From positions 65,501 to 129,500 of IMG/VR virus record IMGVR_UViG_3300037245_004243: a stretch of 64,000 nt of DNA; one strand, written 5' to 3'. Under the pieces are notes generated by a model. The model did not search any database and had not been told where the DNA came from. It saw only the letters and a program-made list of their open reading frames with translations. Both the position numbers and the translations under genes were made by a program. Positions 1 through 8,442 of the stretch are shown in pieces; position 1 is the stretch's first letter, and the number at the start of each line of letters is the position of its first letter. This DNA is from an uncultured virus (IMG/VR IMGVR_UViG_3300037245_004243) (Duplodnaviria > Heunggongvirae > Uroviricota > Caudoviricetes).

Positions 1-333
1 AAGTTTCATTTTTGGATAATCGGCGCCGAAACGATGCATAAAATCAAGAGCATTATAAAAGCAACCATGCCTTACACAGGAAGCGCCGAGCTCTTTTAAT
101 CCTTTCGGGAGTCTCTTTGCGCCTTTTGATACATTTCCTTTTTTTGCGGCCTCTACCATAAAACCAATGGCATAATGATCTCGAGTAAGATTAATGCGCA
201 AATATTCGTTATTTATGCCTTCATCGGGATATTGTTTTGCCCACATCCGGCCAAGATCCTGGAGGTGTTTTACGATATTATCAGCGAGATCACTAACTCC
301 ACTTTCGGTCAGAATTTGATGAAAGGTTTTCAT
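1..333 (-). CDS. Putative capsid-targeted internal protein (partial, runs off window start)
   Basis: Not in the ORF track; ATG at 333 translates MKTFHQILTEVGVSDLADNIVKHLQ..., open to position 1; carries the shared leader. Confidence 0.6.
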   Translation of the reverse strand, partial: MKTFHQILTESGVSDLADNIVKHLQDLGRMWAKQYPDEGINNEYLRINLTRDHYAIGFMVEAAKKGNVSKGAKRLPKGLKELGASCVRHGCFYNALDFMHRFGADYPKMKL

Positions 334-354
334 GTATACCCCTAATTTTGTATA

Positions 355-431
355 TGGTGGACCGAGTAGGATTTGAACCTACGACCTGAGCCGTGCAAAA
401 GCCCTGCTCTCCCAGACTGAGCTACCAGCCC
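355..431 (-). tRNA. tRNA-Ala (anticodon UGC), CCA encoded
   Basis: Reverse complement GGGCTGGTAGCTCAGTCTGGGAGAGC...TTTGCAC...GTAGGTTCAAATCCTAC TCGGTCCACCA; cloverleaf, T-loop TTCAAAT, G3:U70 alanine identity pair. Confidence 0.9.
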
Positions 432-434
432 ACA

Positions 435-848
435 TTATGCTATCTCGATATTGGATATCTTTTTAATATTATAGACAAAAACTTGTTTACCGAGATCACT
501 GGCATCAATCCCATATCTTACAACATCTCGCGTATATTGCTGAGGAGATCCGGCAATGATACCAACAACACTGTCCAAAGTTTCAAATTTGTCGCCCTTC
601 CAAACATTACCTTTGAATTTAAATTTCAGAACGATAATTTCCCGACGCCCGAAAAACGCTTCAACAGCCTTTTTTGATTTGGCAGCGCTTACCGCATAAT
701 CGTTCGCCCATCTCGGCTTAATATAAATTAATTTGAAGCCGCCAGCGAGGATTTTTTTGACGTTATCTGGATTTCTCACGCCGTGATATAGGGTCATCGA
801 CCGGACTTTTTCCTCGCCCTCATTTAACCACGTTTTAAAATTTTGCAT
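435..848 (-). CDS. Leader-bearing protein with PARP/ART-like (H-Y clade) fold
   Basis: Leader MQNFKTWLNE; TLYHGV...KKILAGGFK...VFVYN pattern typical of the ART fold. Confidence 0.5.
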   Translation of the reverse strand: MQNFKTWLNEGEEKVRSMTLYHGVRNPDNVKKILAGGFKLIYIKPRWANDYAVSAAKSKKAVEAFFGRREIIVLKFKFKGNVWKGDKFETLDSVVGIIAGSPQQYTRDVVRYGIDASDLGKQVFVYNIKKISNIEIA

Positions 849-849
849 T

Positions 850-1200
850 TTAGCCCTTATTTAAATGTATTCTCATATCCTTCATGAGATCTCTTTTCCC
901 GGCCAATTTCGGCTTTTTCTTCCCGGCTAATTCATCATCAGAAAGTTGATCGGCAAAGTGTCGCCCGGCAATGGAATCCAGAAAGACGCGCATGGAATTT
1001 TCTGTCGCTTTGAAATACTTTGAAAGGATTGTGGCATATCTGGCAAATGCCCTGGCGGTGCCCGTCATATCCATATTCAGACGATTATAGGCCACGCCAT
1101 GAAACCCTCTGTGCTCATTATCACTCATCTGCTGCTTTTTTGACGCAAAGTCTGGCCAACTTGCAGTATTTATTTCCAGTATTTTTCGGTAAGTTTTCAT
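850..1200 (-). CDS. Putative capsid-targeted internal protein
   Basis: Likely start ATG 1200, leader MKTYRKILE. Confidence 0.6.
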   Translation of the reverse strand: MKTYRKILEINTASWPDFASKKQQMSDNEHRGFHGVAYNRLNMDMTGTARAFARYATILSKYFKATENSMRVFLDSIAGRHFADQLSDDELAGKKKPKLAGKRDLMKDMRIHLNKG

Positions 1201-1204
1201 TTCA

Positions 1205-1516
1205 TCAGTCTCCCACAAATTTTCGTTTATTTCGGAATGACATCCCGGTCAACGTTTTTCGGATATCATCATCCTTCAAATGCCCCAGGGAAAGCCCTAA
1301 TCTTCGGCATTGCTTGAGCATATCATCCCGCCCCATCGTTTTAGCGCATTGATCAAATTGCAATGTTAGCGCCCCACGTGTGCTAAATTTGCCACGCTTA
1401 AAAGCCATTGGCGGACTATACGCGCCAACGCCTGTCCCGGCCACGGTCATCTCATCGAGGTCTTCATCGGGTCCGGCCACAACCCCATCTAATATATCCC
1501 GGTATGAATGGGTCAT
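1205..1516 (-). CDS. Putative internal/head-associated protein
   Basis: Leader variant MTHSYRDILD..DLDE; RBS GGAGG upstream. Confidence 0.55.
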   Translation of the reverse strand: MTHSYRDILDGVVAGPDEDLDEMTVAGTGVGAYSPPMAFKRGKFSTRGALTLQFDQCAKTMGRDDMLKQCRRLGLSLGHLKDDDIRKTLTGMSFRNKRKFVGD

Positions 1517-1538
1517 CGTATTTCCCCTCCTCCATCCA

Positions 1539-1952
1539 TTATAACCAGCTCCCCATAGATAATTTATCGAAGGCTTTGAATGCGGTCTTGGCGTTTGCCA
1601 GATCTTTTCCGAACTTCCCGGCAGTTCCTTCGTTTAACTTGTTTATCTCGTCAAGCAAGTCACGCATATTATCAGCCACACCATAATAAGCCTCGTGAAG
1701 GTCATTGATATTTTTCTGATTTCCTTTTGACTCTTTACGATAGGCGTCAATAACGGCCTTTTCCTGTGACGACTCGGAGATATTCTTACCTTTGATTCTA
1801 TTCAGCATAATACCATATACATCCCCGCTGCCGAAATCGACCTGGGCCATATCACCATCGATCTTGATAACTTTGCCCTTTCGGCCACCTTTGTTTAATT
1901 CGTCGCCAACCTTTACTTTGCTCTCAATTATAATATTCCGAAATGATTTCAT
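1539..1952 (-). CDS. Putative capsid-targeted protein, SH3/KOW-like N-terminal part
   Basis: Leader MKSFRNIIIE; VKVGDEL...GKVIKIDGDMAQVDFG beta-barrel-like segment; internal NISE. Confidence 0.55.
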   Translation of the reverse strand: MKSFRNIIIESKVKVGDELNKGGRKGKVIKIDGDMAQVDFGSGDVYGIMLNRIKGKNISESSQEKAVIDAYRKESKGNQKNINDLHEAYYGVADNMRDLLDEINKLNEGTAGKFGKDLANAKTAFKAFDKLSMGSWL

Positions 1953-1998
1953 GGATTTTTCCTTTTTATTTTAAGCTTACCCTTAAAGGGCCTTAATG

Positions 1999-2397
1999 TC
2001 AAGCTTTTTGAGTCGTCCAGACAATTTTATCGCCCTTTTCAAGATCTTGAGCATCCGGCAATCTTTGAACTTCAAAATCGCCATTTTTCATTTTTACAAC
2101 GGCCTGATGTGATCCTTTGCGACGATATTCCTTTTCTGCTTCCTTTTTCGCCGTTTTTAAATCTGAATACTCTTCCTGTAAAATTTCCCTATATGATTTC
2201 ATAGTTGTAATCTTTTCTGTTATTAAAATTTTGTTACCCTGCATCTTCCAGGAGATGCCCGGTATAGAATTTAAAAACTTTTTAGCGCCTGGCCAAAACT
2301 CAACCACCAATTTGCCGCTCACTTTTAAACGTCGGTAAAAGCGCCGCTGCTGGAAATCCATCTCCTCGCGAATGAGATCTTTAGGCTCCACGAACAC
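1999..2397 (-). CDS. Putative internal protein; internal second leader at 2202
   Basis: In-frame ATG 2202 gives MKSYREILQE; upstream part begins (V)EPKDLIRE. Confidence 0.55.
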   Translation of the reverse strand: MFVEPKDLIREEMDFQQRRFYRRLKVSGKLVVEFWPGAKKFLNSIPGISWKMQGNKILITEKITTMKSYREILQEEYSDLKTAKKEAEKEYRRKGSHQAVVKMKNGDFEVQRLPDAQDLEKGDKIVWTTQKA

Positions 2398-2650
2398 CCA
2401 GTTCCTTTAGACGTTTGAAGGCTACTTCGGCCTCGTCGTGTAGATTTTGATTCTCGAGTGCGTCAACCCAAATTTCAATCTTTTCGACTTTATTCATCTT
2501 TTTGGATCGCAAATTGAGTGCCTTGGTGAATTTTGCTCTGTCACCCTTTGCTCTGACTTCAAAATCATGGATTCTTTTTTCGGCCTTGTCGATCTCGGCC
2601 TGGCGACGATTCTCGGTCATTTCTTTTAAAATTTGTCTATACGATTTCAT
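2381..2650 (-). CDS. Putative capsid-targeted internal protein
   Basis: Leader MKSYRQILKE; helical basic body. Confidence 0.6.
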   Translation of the reverse strand: MKSYRQILKEMTENRRQAEIDKAEKRIHDFEVRAKGDRAKFTKALNLRSKKMNKVEKIEIWVDALENQNLHDEAEVAFKRLKELGVRGA

Positions 2651-2665
2651 TGGTGAATTCCCCCT

Positions 2666-2866
2666 TTATCCGAAAAAATGATCATAAAAATCATTATTTC
2701 CTATATTTGCCATGCTATGAATCAATCCAGAACCTGTATTTGACACCTCATCCTTTTTTAATTCTGCTATTACTTTAGGCAGACTTTTTTGGATTTTTTC
2801 AAGATAGGATATCATATCTTTCATTGGATCTGATTTTTCATTACAAATATTCTTAAAAGTTTTCAT
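2666..2866 (-). CDS. Putative capsid-targeted internal protein
   Basis: Leader MKTFKNICNE. Confidence 0.55.
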   Translation of the reverse strand: MKTFKNICNEKSDPMKDMISYLEKIQKSLPKVIAELKKDEVSNTGSGLIHSMANIGNNDFYDHFFG

Positions 2867-3204
2867 TTAATTTTTCCCGTTACTTCTGGTTTATTTTTCA
2901 TTCTTTCGCCACCACCGGATGTTTGCCAAACTTCAAAATTTCCTTTACCGGCAGACGCTATTTCATAACCTTTTCGTTTCGCTGAAGGGTGTTTGTATGC
3001 CCAAGCAGTGTAATCGGTTGCTCGCCGGAAAACCAGCCATTTAAATTTTCCTATTTTAACAACAGTATCTCTCTGAACGCTATCGGGTAATTTATTCAAA
3101 TCTATTTTCGGCAAACCTAAAGGTTCCACATTATCAAATCCATCAAACCCGGGAGGAAGCGATGAAAGTGTTGATTCTTTTAAAATTTGTCTGTAATTTT
3201 TCAT
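2863..3204 (-). CDS. Putative capsid-targeted internal protein
   Basis: Likely start 3204 (TAATG coupling to upstream stop), leader MKNYRQILKE. Confidence 0.6.
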   Translation of the reverse strand: MKNYRQILKESTLSSLPPGFDGFDNVEPLGLPKIDLNKLPDSVQRDTVVKIGKFKWLVFRRATDYTAWAYKHPSAKRKGYEIASAGKGNFEVWQTSGGGERMKNKPEVTGKIK

Positions 3205-3461
3205 TAACTTCGCCAAGAAGCGCCTGAAAGTTTACCCAAATTCTTTTTGACATCTCTGCGAGGGTTATTAACCCATATCCCCTGACCGTCTTTCTTTTTG
3301 CCGGTCCAGATAACGTCTCCTTTTGGTATAATAACGCCGTTCTGAAGATGTAATTTGCCGCCTTCGATTTTTACAATTTTGATGAGCTCTGCGCCAACGC
3401 CACCGTCTCTGTAAAAATTGCCAGCCTGTAATCCTTCTAAAATTTGTCGAAAGGTTTTCAT
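3204..3461 (-). CDS. Putative capsid-targeted internal protein
   Basis: Leader MKTFRQILE. Confidence 0.6.
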   Translation of the reverse strand: MKTFRQILEGLQAGNFYRDGGVGAELIKIVKIEGGKLHLQNGVIIPKGDVIWTGKKKDGQGIWVNNPRRDVKKNLGKLSGASWRS

Positions 3462-3469
3462 ATTTTTCC

Positions 3470-4222
3470 TTATGCGTACACCGGATCTGGTGGTTCAGAG
3501 TATTTTTCTTCCAGCTCTATTAAAAGTTTTTCTTTATCAGCCTCACCCTTTTCAAGTATACCGGAGGCATTCACCGTAACACCGCCCGGAAGTTGCGCTC
3601 CATCATATTTACCGAGATTGACGCCCCATTGAATCCGCGCCAGGGCCACACTATATTTTTTAAGCCATAAGGAGTCGCTTACGGTATCGGTGTCTTCGGT
3701 ATCAACCGCGCTTTGGATGACATGAAGTATTCGGGTGCCGGTACGAGTTGGTGTCGAAGGAAATGTCAGCTTTTTAGTGACTTCATTAAATTCGAAAAGG
3801 ATATGGGTTTTATAAGTGTCTTCCCACAGCGCCATTCTTTGCCGCATAACTTCCACGGAGGTAACATCGAAATATCCATCAACATCGCCATATCCGCCGC
3901 CGCCCTGGCCATTGAATCCCGGCCTCAGAATAAGCAATGGCTCATCATCAATCCAAAGGGAAGACGAACCTGTACCTTCGATATTAAGGCATTCCATAAC
4001 ACTTTGAATGGAATCCGGCAAAGTGTATTCATTGGACCCGGCTGATACCTCAAGCCCAAGAAACCCAATATTGCATGCATCGTAATGGGATTCAGTGAAA
4101 GTTTTCAGCGCCTCATCAACGCAATCATCCAATTGGGAGTCATCGACTTCAACTCTTATGACCGGGTGACCGAGCTTACGGAAAATATATTGCTTTAATT
4201 CGGATATTTTTAAAGTGCCCAT
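3470..4222 (-). CDS. gp13: Neck protein, T4 gp13-like
   Basis: LKQYIFRKLGHPVIRVEVDDSQLDDCVDEAL at N-terminus and WLKKYSVALARIQWGVNLGKYDGAQLPGGVTVN near C-terminus, characteristic of gp13. Confidence 0.9.
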   Translation of the reverse strand: MGTLKISELKQYIFRKLGHPVIRVEVDDSQLDDCVDEALKTFTESHYDACNIGFLGLEVSAGSNEYTLPDSIQSVMECLNIEGTGSSSLWIDDEPLLILRPGFNGQGGGGYGDVDGYFDVTSVEVMRQRMALWEDTYKTHILFEFNEVTKKLTFPSTPTRTGTRILHVIQSAVDTEDTDTVSDSLWLKKYSVALARIQWGVNLGKYDGAQLPGGVTVNASGILEKGEADKEKLLIELEEKYSEPPDPVYA

Positions 4223-4518
4223 TAAACAACTCCACGTATGCCGGATTTGATAAATTTATCTATTGAAAAATCAAATGCGCCATTTTCGGACTTTTGGCTT
4301 AAGAGAACATATTTGTTGATTTTTTTAAGGTCTTCTTTTTTAACAAAAACTTTAATCCCGGAATCGCCTGTTCCAACACCACCGGTTTTCAGATTTTTGC
4401 TGCCTATTTCCATGCCAAGCAAAAATGCAGCATTGACATTTTTGGGCGACAAAAGTAAACCTTGATAGGTACCAGAGGCTTCATCAATGCCCGGCACATC
4501 TTTCCAATAGTCTACCAT
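4222..4518 (-). CDS. Hypothetical protein, leader class MVDYWKDVPGI
   Basis: First 11 aa identical to those of 4530..4853. Confidence 0.6.
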   Translation of the reverse strand: MVDYWKDVPGIDEASGTYQGLLLSPKNVNAAFLLGMEIGSKNLKTGGVGTGDSGIKVFVKKEDLKKINKYVLLSQKSENGAFDFSIDKFIKSGIRGVV

Positions 4519-4856
4519 TTTATTCCTCCTTAGAAATCCATTACCATGCTGACCAAATCGGAAGATGACATTCCGGATTTACTGAGCATTTTCCGACCGG
4601 AAGGTTCCTTTAAAAAGTCCATGATATCGGCCTTTGAAACATCGCCGTCAGGAATAGACTGGTTTACTCGGTCCCGCACCCATTTTAAAACAGGGACAAT
4701 CTTTTTCTCTTCTGCTGGACCGCTTTTGAAATCATCGATGAGCATACCCAGGGAATTCTGCAAATAATCAGAATCGAGCCCTGCTTCATGCATCGTATGT
4801 CCTTTTTTAACGCCGTCAGCAATGCCCGGCACATCTTTCCAATAATCTACCATTTT
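4485..4856. repeat. 37-bp direct repeat (4485-4521, 4820-4856) encoding MVDYWKDVPGI
   Basis: caatgcccggcacatctttccaata(g/a)tctaccatttt, one mismatch. Confidence 0.9.
4530..4853 (-). CDS. Hypothetical protein, leader class MVDYWKDVPGI
   Basis: Shared leader then TMHE; body unrelated to 4222..4518. Confidence 0.6.
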   Translation of the reverse strand: MVDYWKDVPGIADGVKKGHTMHEAGLDSDYLQNSLGMLIDDFKSGPAEEKKIVPVLKWVRDRVNQSIPDGDVSKADIMDFLKEPSGRKMLSKSGMSSSDLVSMVMDF

Positions 4857-5104
4857 TATAACCCCTTATTCAGATTTGCAATTTGCTCCAGCAAATCTAA
4901 TATTTTATTGTTGAGAGCAGCATGTTTTTGGGATGATTTCATTCCTGCCGTTATGGTGATATCTGCCATATTGGCCGCTTGTCCCAACTTCCCCCACGCC
5001 TCCATCAAAAGTTTTTTAATCTGTTTGATATTGACGTTTCCTGAAGATGATCGCGCCTCGGTGATGTATCTATCCATTTCCATTTTGGTTCGTATATTTT
5101 TCAT
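4856..5104 (-). CDS. Hypothetical protein, leader class T[KR][MW][ED]M[DE][RK]
   Basis: MKNIRTKMEMDRYITE, similar to 7055..7243 and 34515..34736. Confidence 0.6.
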   Translation of the reverse strand: MKNIRTKMEMDRYITEARSSSGNVNIKQIKKLLMEAWGKLGQAANMADITITAGMKSSQKHAALNNKILDLLEQIANLNKGL

Positions 5105-5113
5105 TTTATCCCT

Positions 5114-5626
5114 TTATAACATCAAAAGTATGAGACCCGCCGTCATCAAAATCTGAACGATTTTACTTTCGGCATTATCCCATTTATGTTCGTATCGTTC
5201 TTGCCTGTAGGCGTTCTCGGACATAGCATACAATTCGATGTATTGCTTAATTATCTGCTCCCGCAGCGCGACCAATTCTTTTAGCGCATTTATTTCGCTT
5301 ATGTAAACATTTACCAAATCCTCATGGCTCTCGAGCAATTCCCGCTGATCGTTATAGGCTGCGCTCAGTGCCATAATTTTCTTAAATTCGCTTTTGGAAA
5401 ACGCCAGGTATTTCGCCTCCCCTGGATTCTCGGATGTAATGGGTCGCATACCGGCATCGAGCGCCACATAAATGGGCTTGCCCGGCTTCTTGAGCGCCGA
5501 AAGGTCAAGCACATATGGCTGCGTCGCCTCGAATTTTACCTCTGGCGCCACAAACGGTTTATATTGTGCTGGAGCGCATGAAACAATCATAACAAATGCC
5601 GCTATCAAAAGCAATAGTTTTTTCAT
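5114..5626 (-). CDS. Lipoprotein, spanin-like (N-terminal lipobox plus C-terminal hydrophobic segment)
   Basis: MKKLLLLIAAFVMIVS-C lipoprotein signal; coiled-coil body; C-terminal IVQILMTAGLILLML. Confidence 0.55.
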   Translation of the reverse strand: MKKLLLLIAAFVMIVSCAPAQYKPFVAPEVKFEATQPYVLDLSALKKPGKPIYVALDAGMRPITSENPGEAKYLAFSKSEFKKIMALSAAYNDQRELLESHEDLVNVYISEINALKELVALREQIIKQYIELYAMSENAYRQERYEHKWDNAESKIVQILMTAGLILLML

Positions 5627-5634
5627 AATATCCC

Positions 5635-5895
5635 TTATACTGGTGTAATTATTGGGTCGGTGATAACAGTATTGATATTTGCTGAACTTCCGAAACTGTT
5701 CATGGGTCGCAAATAGGTAACTGCAAAACCCGTGCCAGGATGAAAAATTATTTTTTCAAATTCAGTCTCGGCTGTTCGCATTGCATTCAATTTGATTTTT
5801 AATGCCGCTTCATCGGCACAAATTGCCACTTCCCAATCCGGTTTTGCCGGATATGGCGGCATCCTATGTGTTAATGGAGGAGAATATAATACCAT
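5635..5895 (-). CDS. Small hypothetical, paralog of 5905..6090
   Basis: DWEVAICADEAALKIKLNAMRTA. Confidence 0.55.
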   Translation of the reverse strand: MVLYSPPLTHRMPPYPAKPDWEVAICADEAALKIKLNAMRTAETEFEKIIFHPGTGFAVTYLRPMNSFGSSANINTVITDPIITPV

Positions 5896-5904
5896 TTTAA
5901 TCCT

Positions 5905-6090
5905 TTATGACGCCGGTTTTAAGTAAACAAGAACGAATTTGCTCAGGGTCGAATTCCACATAATTGTTAAATCCCCGGTCGTCCCCGCCGTCCGCAAAGC
6001 ACTGAGCCTTGATTTTAATGCCGCTTCGTCATCGACATTTTCGACTTCCCAATCGAGTAATATACCTGCCATTTTACCATTCCTTATCAA
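5905..6090 (-). CDS. Small hypothetical, paralog of 5635..5895 (probable start 6072)
   Basis: DWEVENVDDEAALKSRLSALRTA. Confidence 0.55.
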   Translation of the reverse strand: MIRNGKMAGILLDWEVENVDDEAALKSRLSALRTAGTTGDLTIMWNSTLSKFVLVYLKPAS

Positions 6091-6412
6091 ATTCTGTGGC
6101 CAAATCAGTTAACGCCTTGTCGGATTCGATTATTGCATCAACCCGCGCCTGGGACGCTACCACCTCGGCCTTGATTTTCTTTTTGGTATCTTCTGCCGCA
6201 GCCTCAATATTTTTTATTTTGACGACGACTTCGGATGATTTCGAACTTAGCGCCTTGACCTTAATTTCTTTTTCGGCCAGCGCCGCATTATGCTTTTTGA
6301 CTTTGCCAAACCCCTTGAACATATTTTTGAGTGGACCGATCAAAAAATACCCGGCACCAATACCTATTACCGGAATCAATCCCAAAAAAATTGTCATTGA
6401 TGACATTTCCAT
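6074..6412 (-). CDS. Inner-membrane anchored coiled-coil protein, i-spanin (Rz)-like
   Basis: N-terminal TM IFLGLIPVIGIGAGYFLI followed by coiled coil. Confidence 0.5.
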   Translation of the reverse strand: MEMSSMTIFLGLIPVIGIGAGYFLIGPLKNMFKGFGKVKKHNAALAEKEIKVKALSSKSSEVVVKIKNIEAAAEDTKKKIKAEVVASQARVDAIIESDKALTDLATEFDKEW

Positions 6413-6415
6413 AAT

Positions 6416-6772
6416 TTACACTCCTATTTTGTCCACTGACACGGTGTTATTTTTTGAATCAGTCAGTGCATTGAGCTTTTTGACTTTGAAAACTTCCCTC
6501 ACCGCAATTATTACGGTCGCCAGGGATACATTAAATGTGCACCACGCAATAAAAACATCGCCAGCAATTCGTAATTGCGATATAATAACGGACATTTCTG
6601 CCGGTTTAATCCCGGCAACAGCCAATGTCGTCTTGACCATATCGATGGAATGGAACAGAAAAAATCCCATAAACGCGCTCGAGACGATGAATGGCATCAA
6701 AAATATCCACATTTTGGCCGAGGACATATTTTCAAGACATTTGACGAAAAAACCTTTTATGTATTTATTCAT
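6416..6772 (-). CDS. Membrane protein, holin-like
   Basis: Two hydrophobic helices and a basic C-terminus; adjacent to spanin-like genes. Confidence 0.5.
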   Translation of the reverse strand: MNKYIKGFFVKCLENMSSAKMWIFLMPFIVSSAFMGFFLFHSIDMVKTTLAVAGIKPAEMSVIISQLRIAGDVFIAWCTFNVSLATVIIAVREVFKVKKLNALTDSKNNTVSVDKIGV

Positions 6773-6782
6773 TTATTTTACC

Positions 6783-7055
6783 TTATGCCGTTGTTTTTAC
6801 AAATTTAAATGCTGTAATGGCCTGGCTCAATGTTTCCTTTGATTGATAGCATCGATGGGTATTGCACACATATCGAATTTTACCCTTTTTGTCATCAGAT
6901 TTCCATATCCCGCATGTTCTTTCGCCATTCGGTCCATGATGCCAAGTCGCGCCAGCGTTCATTGCCTTGGATCGCTCGTCTGATGTCAAAGCTACCTTAT
7001 GTTTCTGGAGATTTTTAAAATCGCCTTCTTTTAATACCCAATAAAATGTTTTCAT
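6783..7055 (-). CDS. Putative capsid-targeted internal protein
   Basis: Leader MKTFYWVLKE; His/Cys-rich body (WHHG, CNTHRC). Confidence 0.55.
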   Translation of the reverse strand: MKTFYWVLKEGDFKNLQKHKVALTSDERSKAMNAGATWHHGPNGERTCGIWKSDDKKGKIRYVCNTHRCYQSKETLSQAITAFKFVKTTA

Positions 7056-7243
7056 TAGCCCTTTTTAATCAATGCACTTATGGATTTCTTGATATCCATG
7101 AGTTCATTAAAAATTGTGGAATCATTTTCTATTGCGCCCAGTGCGGTCAATTCTTTGACCATTTTTTGCAATAACACCTTTCGGCTCGTGTTTCCGCTTT
7201 CAATCAGCTTTTCCATGTCCCATCTTGTTCGAATATCTTTCAT
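7055..7243 (-). CDS. Hypothetical protein, leader class TRWDMEK
   Basis: MKDIRTRWDMEKLIE. Confidence 0.55.
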   Translation of the reverse strand: MKDIRTRWDMEKLIESGNTSRKVLLQKMVKELTALGAIENDSTIFNELMDIKKSISALIKKG

Positions 7244-7252
7244 TTTTTCCTC

Positions 7253-7606
7253 TTATAGAATATCAATATTTAACCAGAGAGTTGTCCAATGCCGCCCGTT
7301 TGCTGAATATGCACTATAGATATAAAAGGCGGCTTTGTGGATACCATTGACGAGATTGTCGCCATATGGTTGATTTGATAGAGTGTAGCCTATCTGAAAT
7401 TCGAATACACCAATTCTGTCCGGATTGTGCTTCCATTTTAATGGATATTCGGTAGCAATAGAATCCGATAGAGTGATGTCTAATGAAGGAATAACTAAAT
7501 CGACCTTAAGAATTGGAGTGAGAGGCGTTAAATTGCCTCCCACTCGAAATTCCAAAGTGTTTATATTATCCCGCCCAACATAAATTGCTTCAGTGACTCT
7601 GGACAT
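7253..7606 (-). CDS. Putative virion structural protein (beta-rich)
   Basis: Position in the tail module, RBS GAGGAAGG, beta-strand pattern. Confidence 0.45.
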   Translation of the reverse strand: MSRVTEAIYVGRDNINTLEFRVGGNLTPLTPILKVDLVIPSLDITLSDSIATEYPLKWKHNPDRIGVFEFQIGYTLSNQPYGDNLVNGIHKAAFYIYSAYSANGRHWTTLWLNIDIL

Positions 7607-7633
7607 AAACCTTCCTCATAATAAAGTTAGGTA

Positions 7634-8419
7634 TTAATCCATTGTTACGATATAGTCACCAGTCGGGATTTTGACCGGGTCACCAGTTTTCGGTGCCTGA
7701 TTCGGGGTCGCTGCAGCGTAAATCAGCAAGTTGCCGGTTGATGCAGCGTCAAGCAATGCCGAATAGGTCACGGTCGCCCAATCCTCATCCGGGGTCGAAA
7801 AGGTGATATCTGATCCATTTGCGGCCTGGCCAGATGAAGCAGCTCCCCAATCTGCGAAATCAACTCGATCATAATTCCCGCCCGGCTCGGTGATGGATGA
7901 TCCCGTGCTGGCATCGGTAATTGTTGCGGTACAGAGCGCAACGAAAATACCGGGCTGAGTGAATGTCTGATTTCTGAAGGCAAAATCCAGCATGATGTTG
8001 GCCAGATAATCGGATGCGCCGCCCGTATTGATGCTGACGACTGTTTCCAGATCCGGTACAAAAGGCACATTGCCGACTTCGGTTATGATCGAGCTATCAA
8101 ACGTGCCGTAACCGATCATGTTTCCCGCGCCGGATGAGGCGGTATGAATACCAAAATGCGTCACGGTACCCCATGGAGACGATGTCACCTGTGGGAATGT
8201 TACCTGACCACTTTGAATAACCTGCCGGGTACCCGCCGCCGAAAAGGCGATTGCGGTTCTGGCATAACCATTACCGCCGACTTCATTGCCGAGATCGCCG
8301 GTCTCGCCAGGATTGGATGTATGCAGAGACATATACAATGTCGCGCCGGGAGTGTAAGCGGTATTTTCCAGGATGTGATCCAAAAGTGCGTCTTCGAGTA
8401 AATTTGTAATACTACCCAT
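7634..8419 (-). CDS. Virion/tail fibre-associated protein with two tandem homologous domains
   Basis: LEDALLDHIL...GYARTAIAF...WGTVTHFGI repeated as LANIMLDFAF...NYDRVDF...WATVTYSAL. Confidence 0.7.
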   Translation of the reverse strand: MGSITNLLEDALLDHILENTAYTPGATLYMSLHTSNPGETGDLGNEVGGNGYARTAIAFSAAGTRQVIQSGQVTFPQVTSSPWGTVTHFGIHTASSGAGNMIGYGTFDSSIITEVGNVPFVPDLETVVSINTGGASDYLANIMLDFAFRNQTFTQPGIFVALCTATITDASTGSSITEPGGNYDRVDFADWGAASSGQAANGSDITFSTPDEDWATVTYSALLDAASTGNLLIYAAATPNQAPKTGDPVKIPTGDYIVTMD

Positions 8420-8442
8420 AATTTTTTCTCCTTAAAGATTTT

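Noticed and set aside
393-677. Plus-strand ORF overlapping tRNA-Ala, and 62610..62795 antisense to tRNA-Pro
   Set aside because: Spurious frames across tRNA genes.
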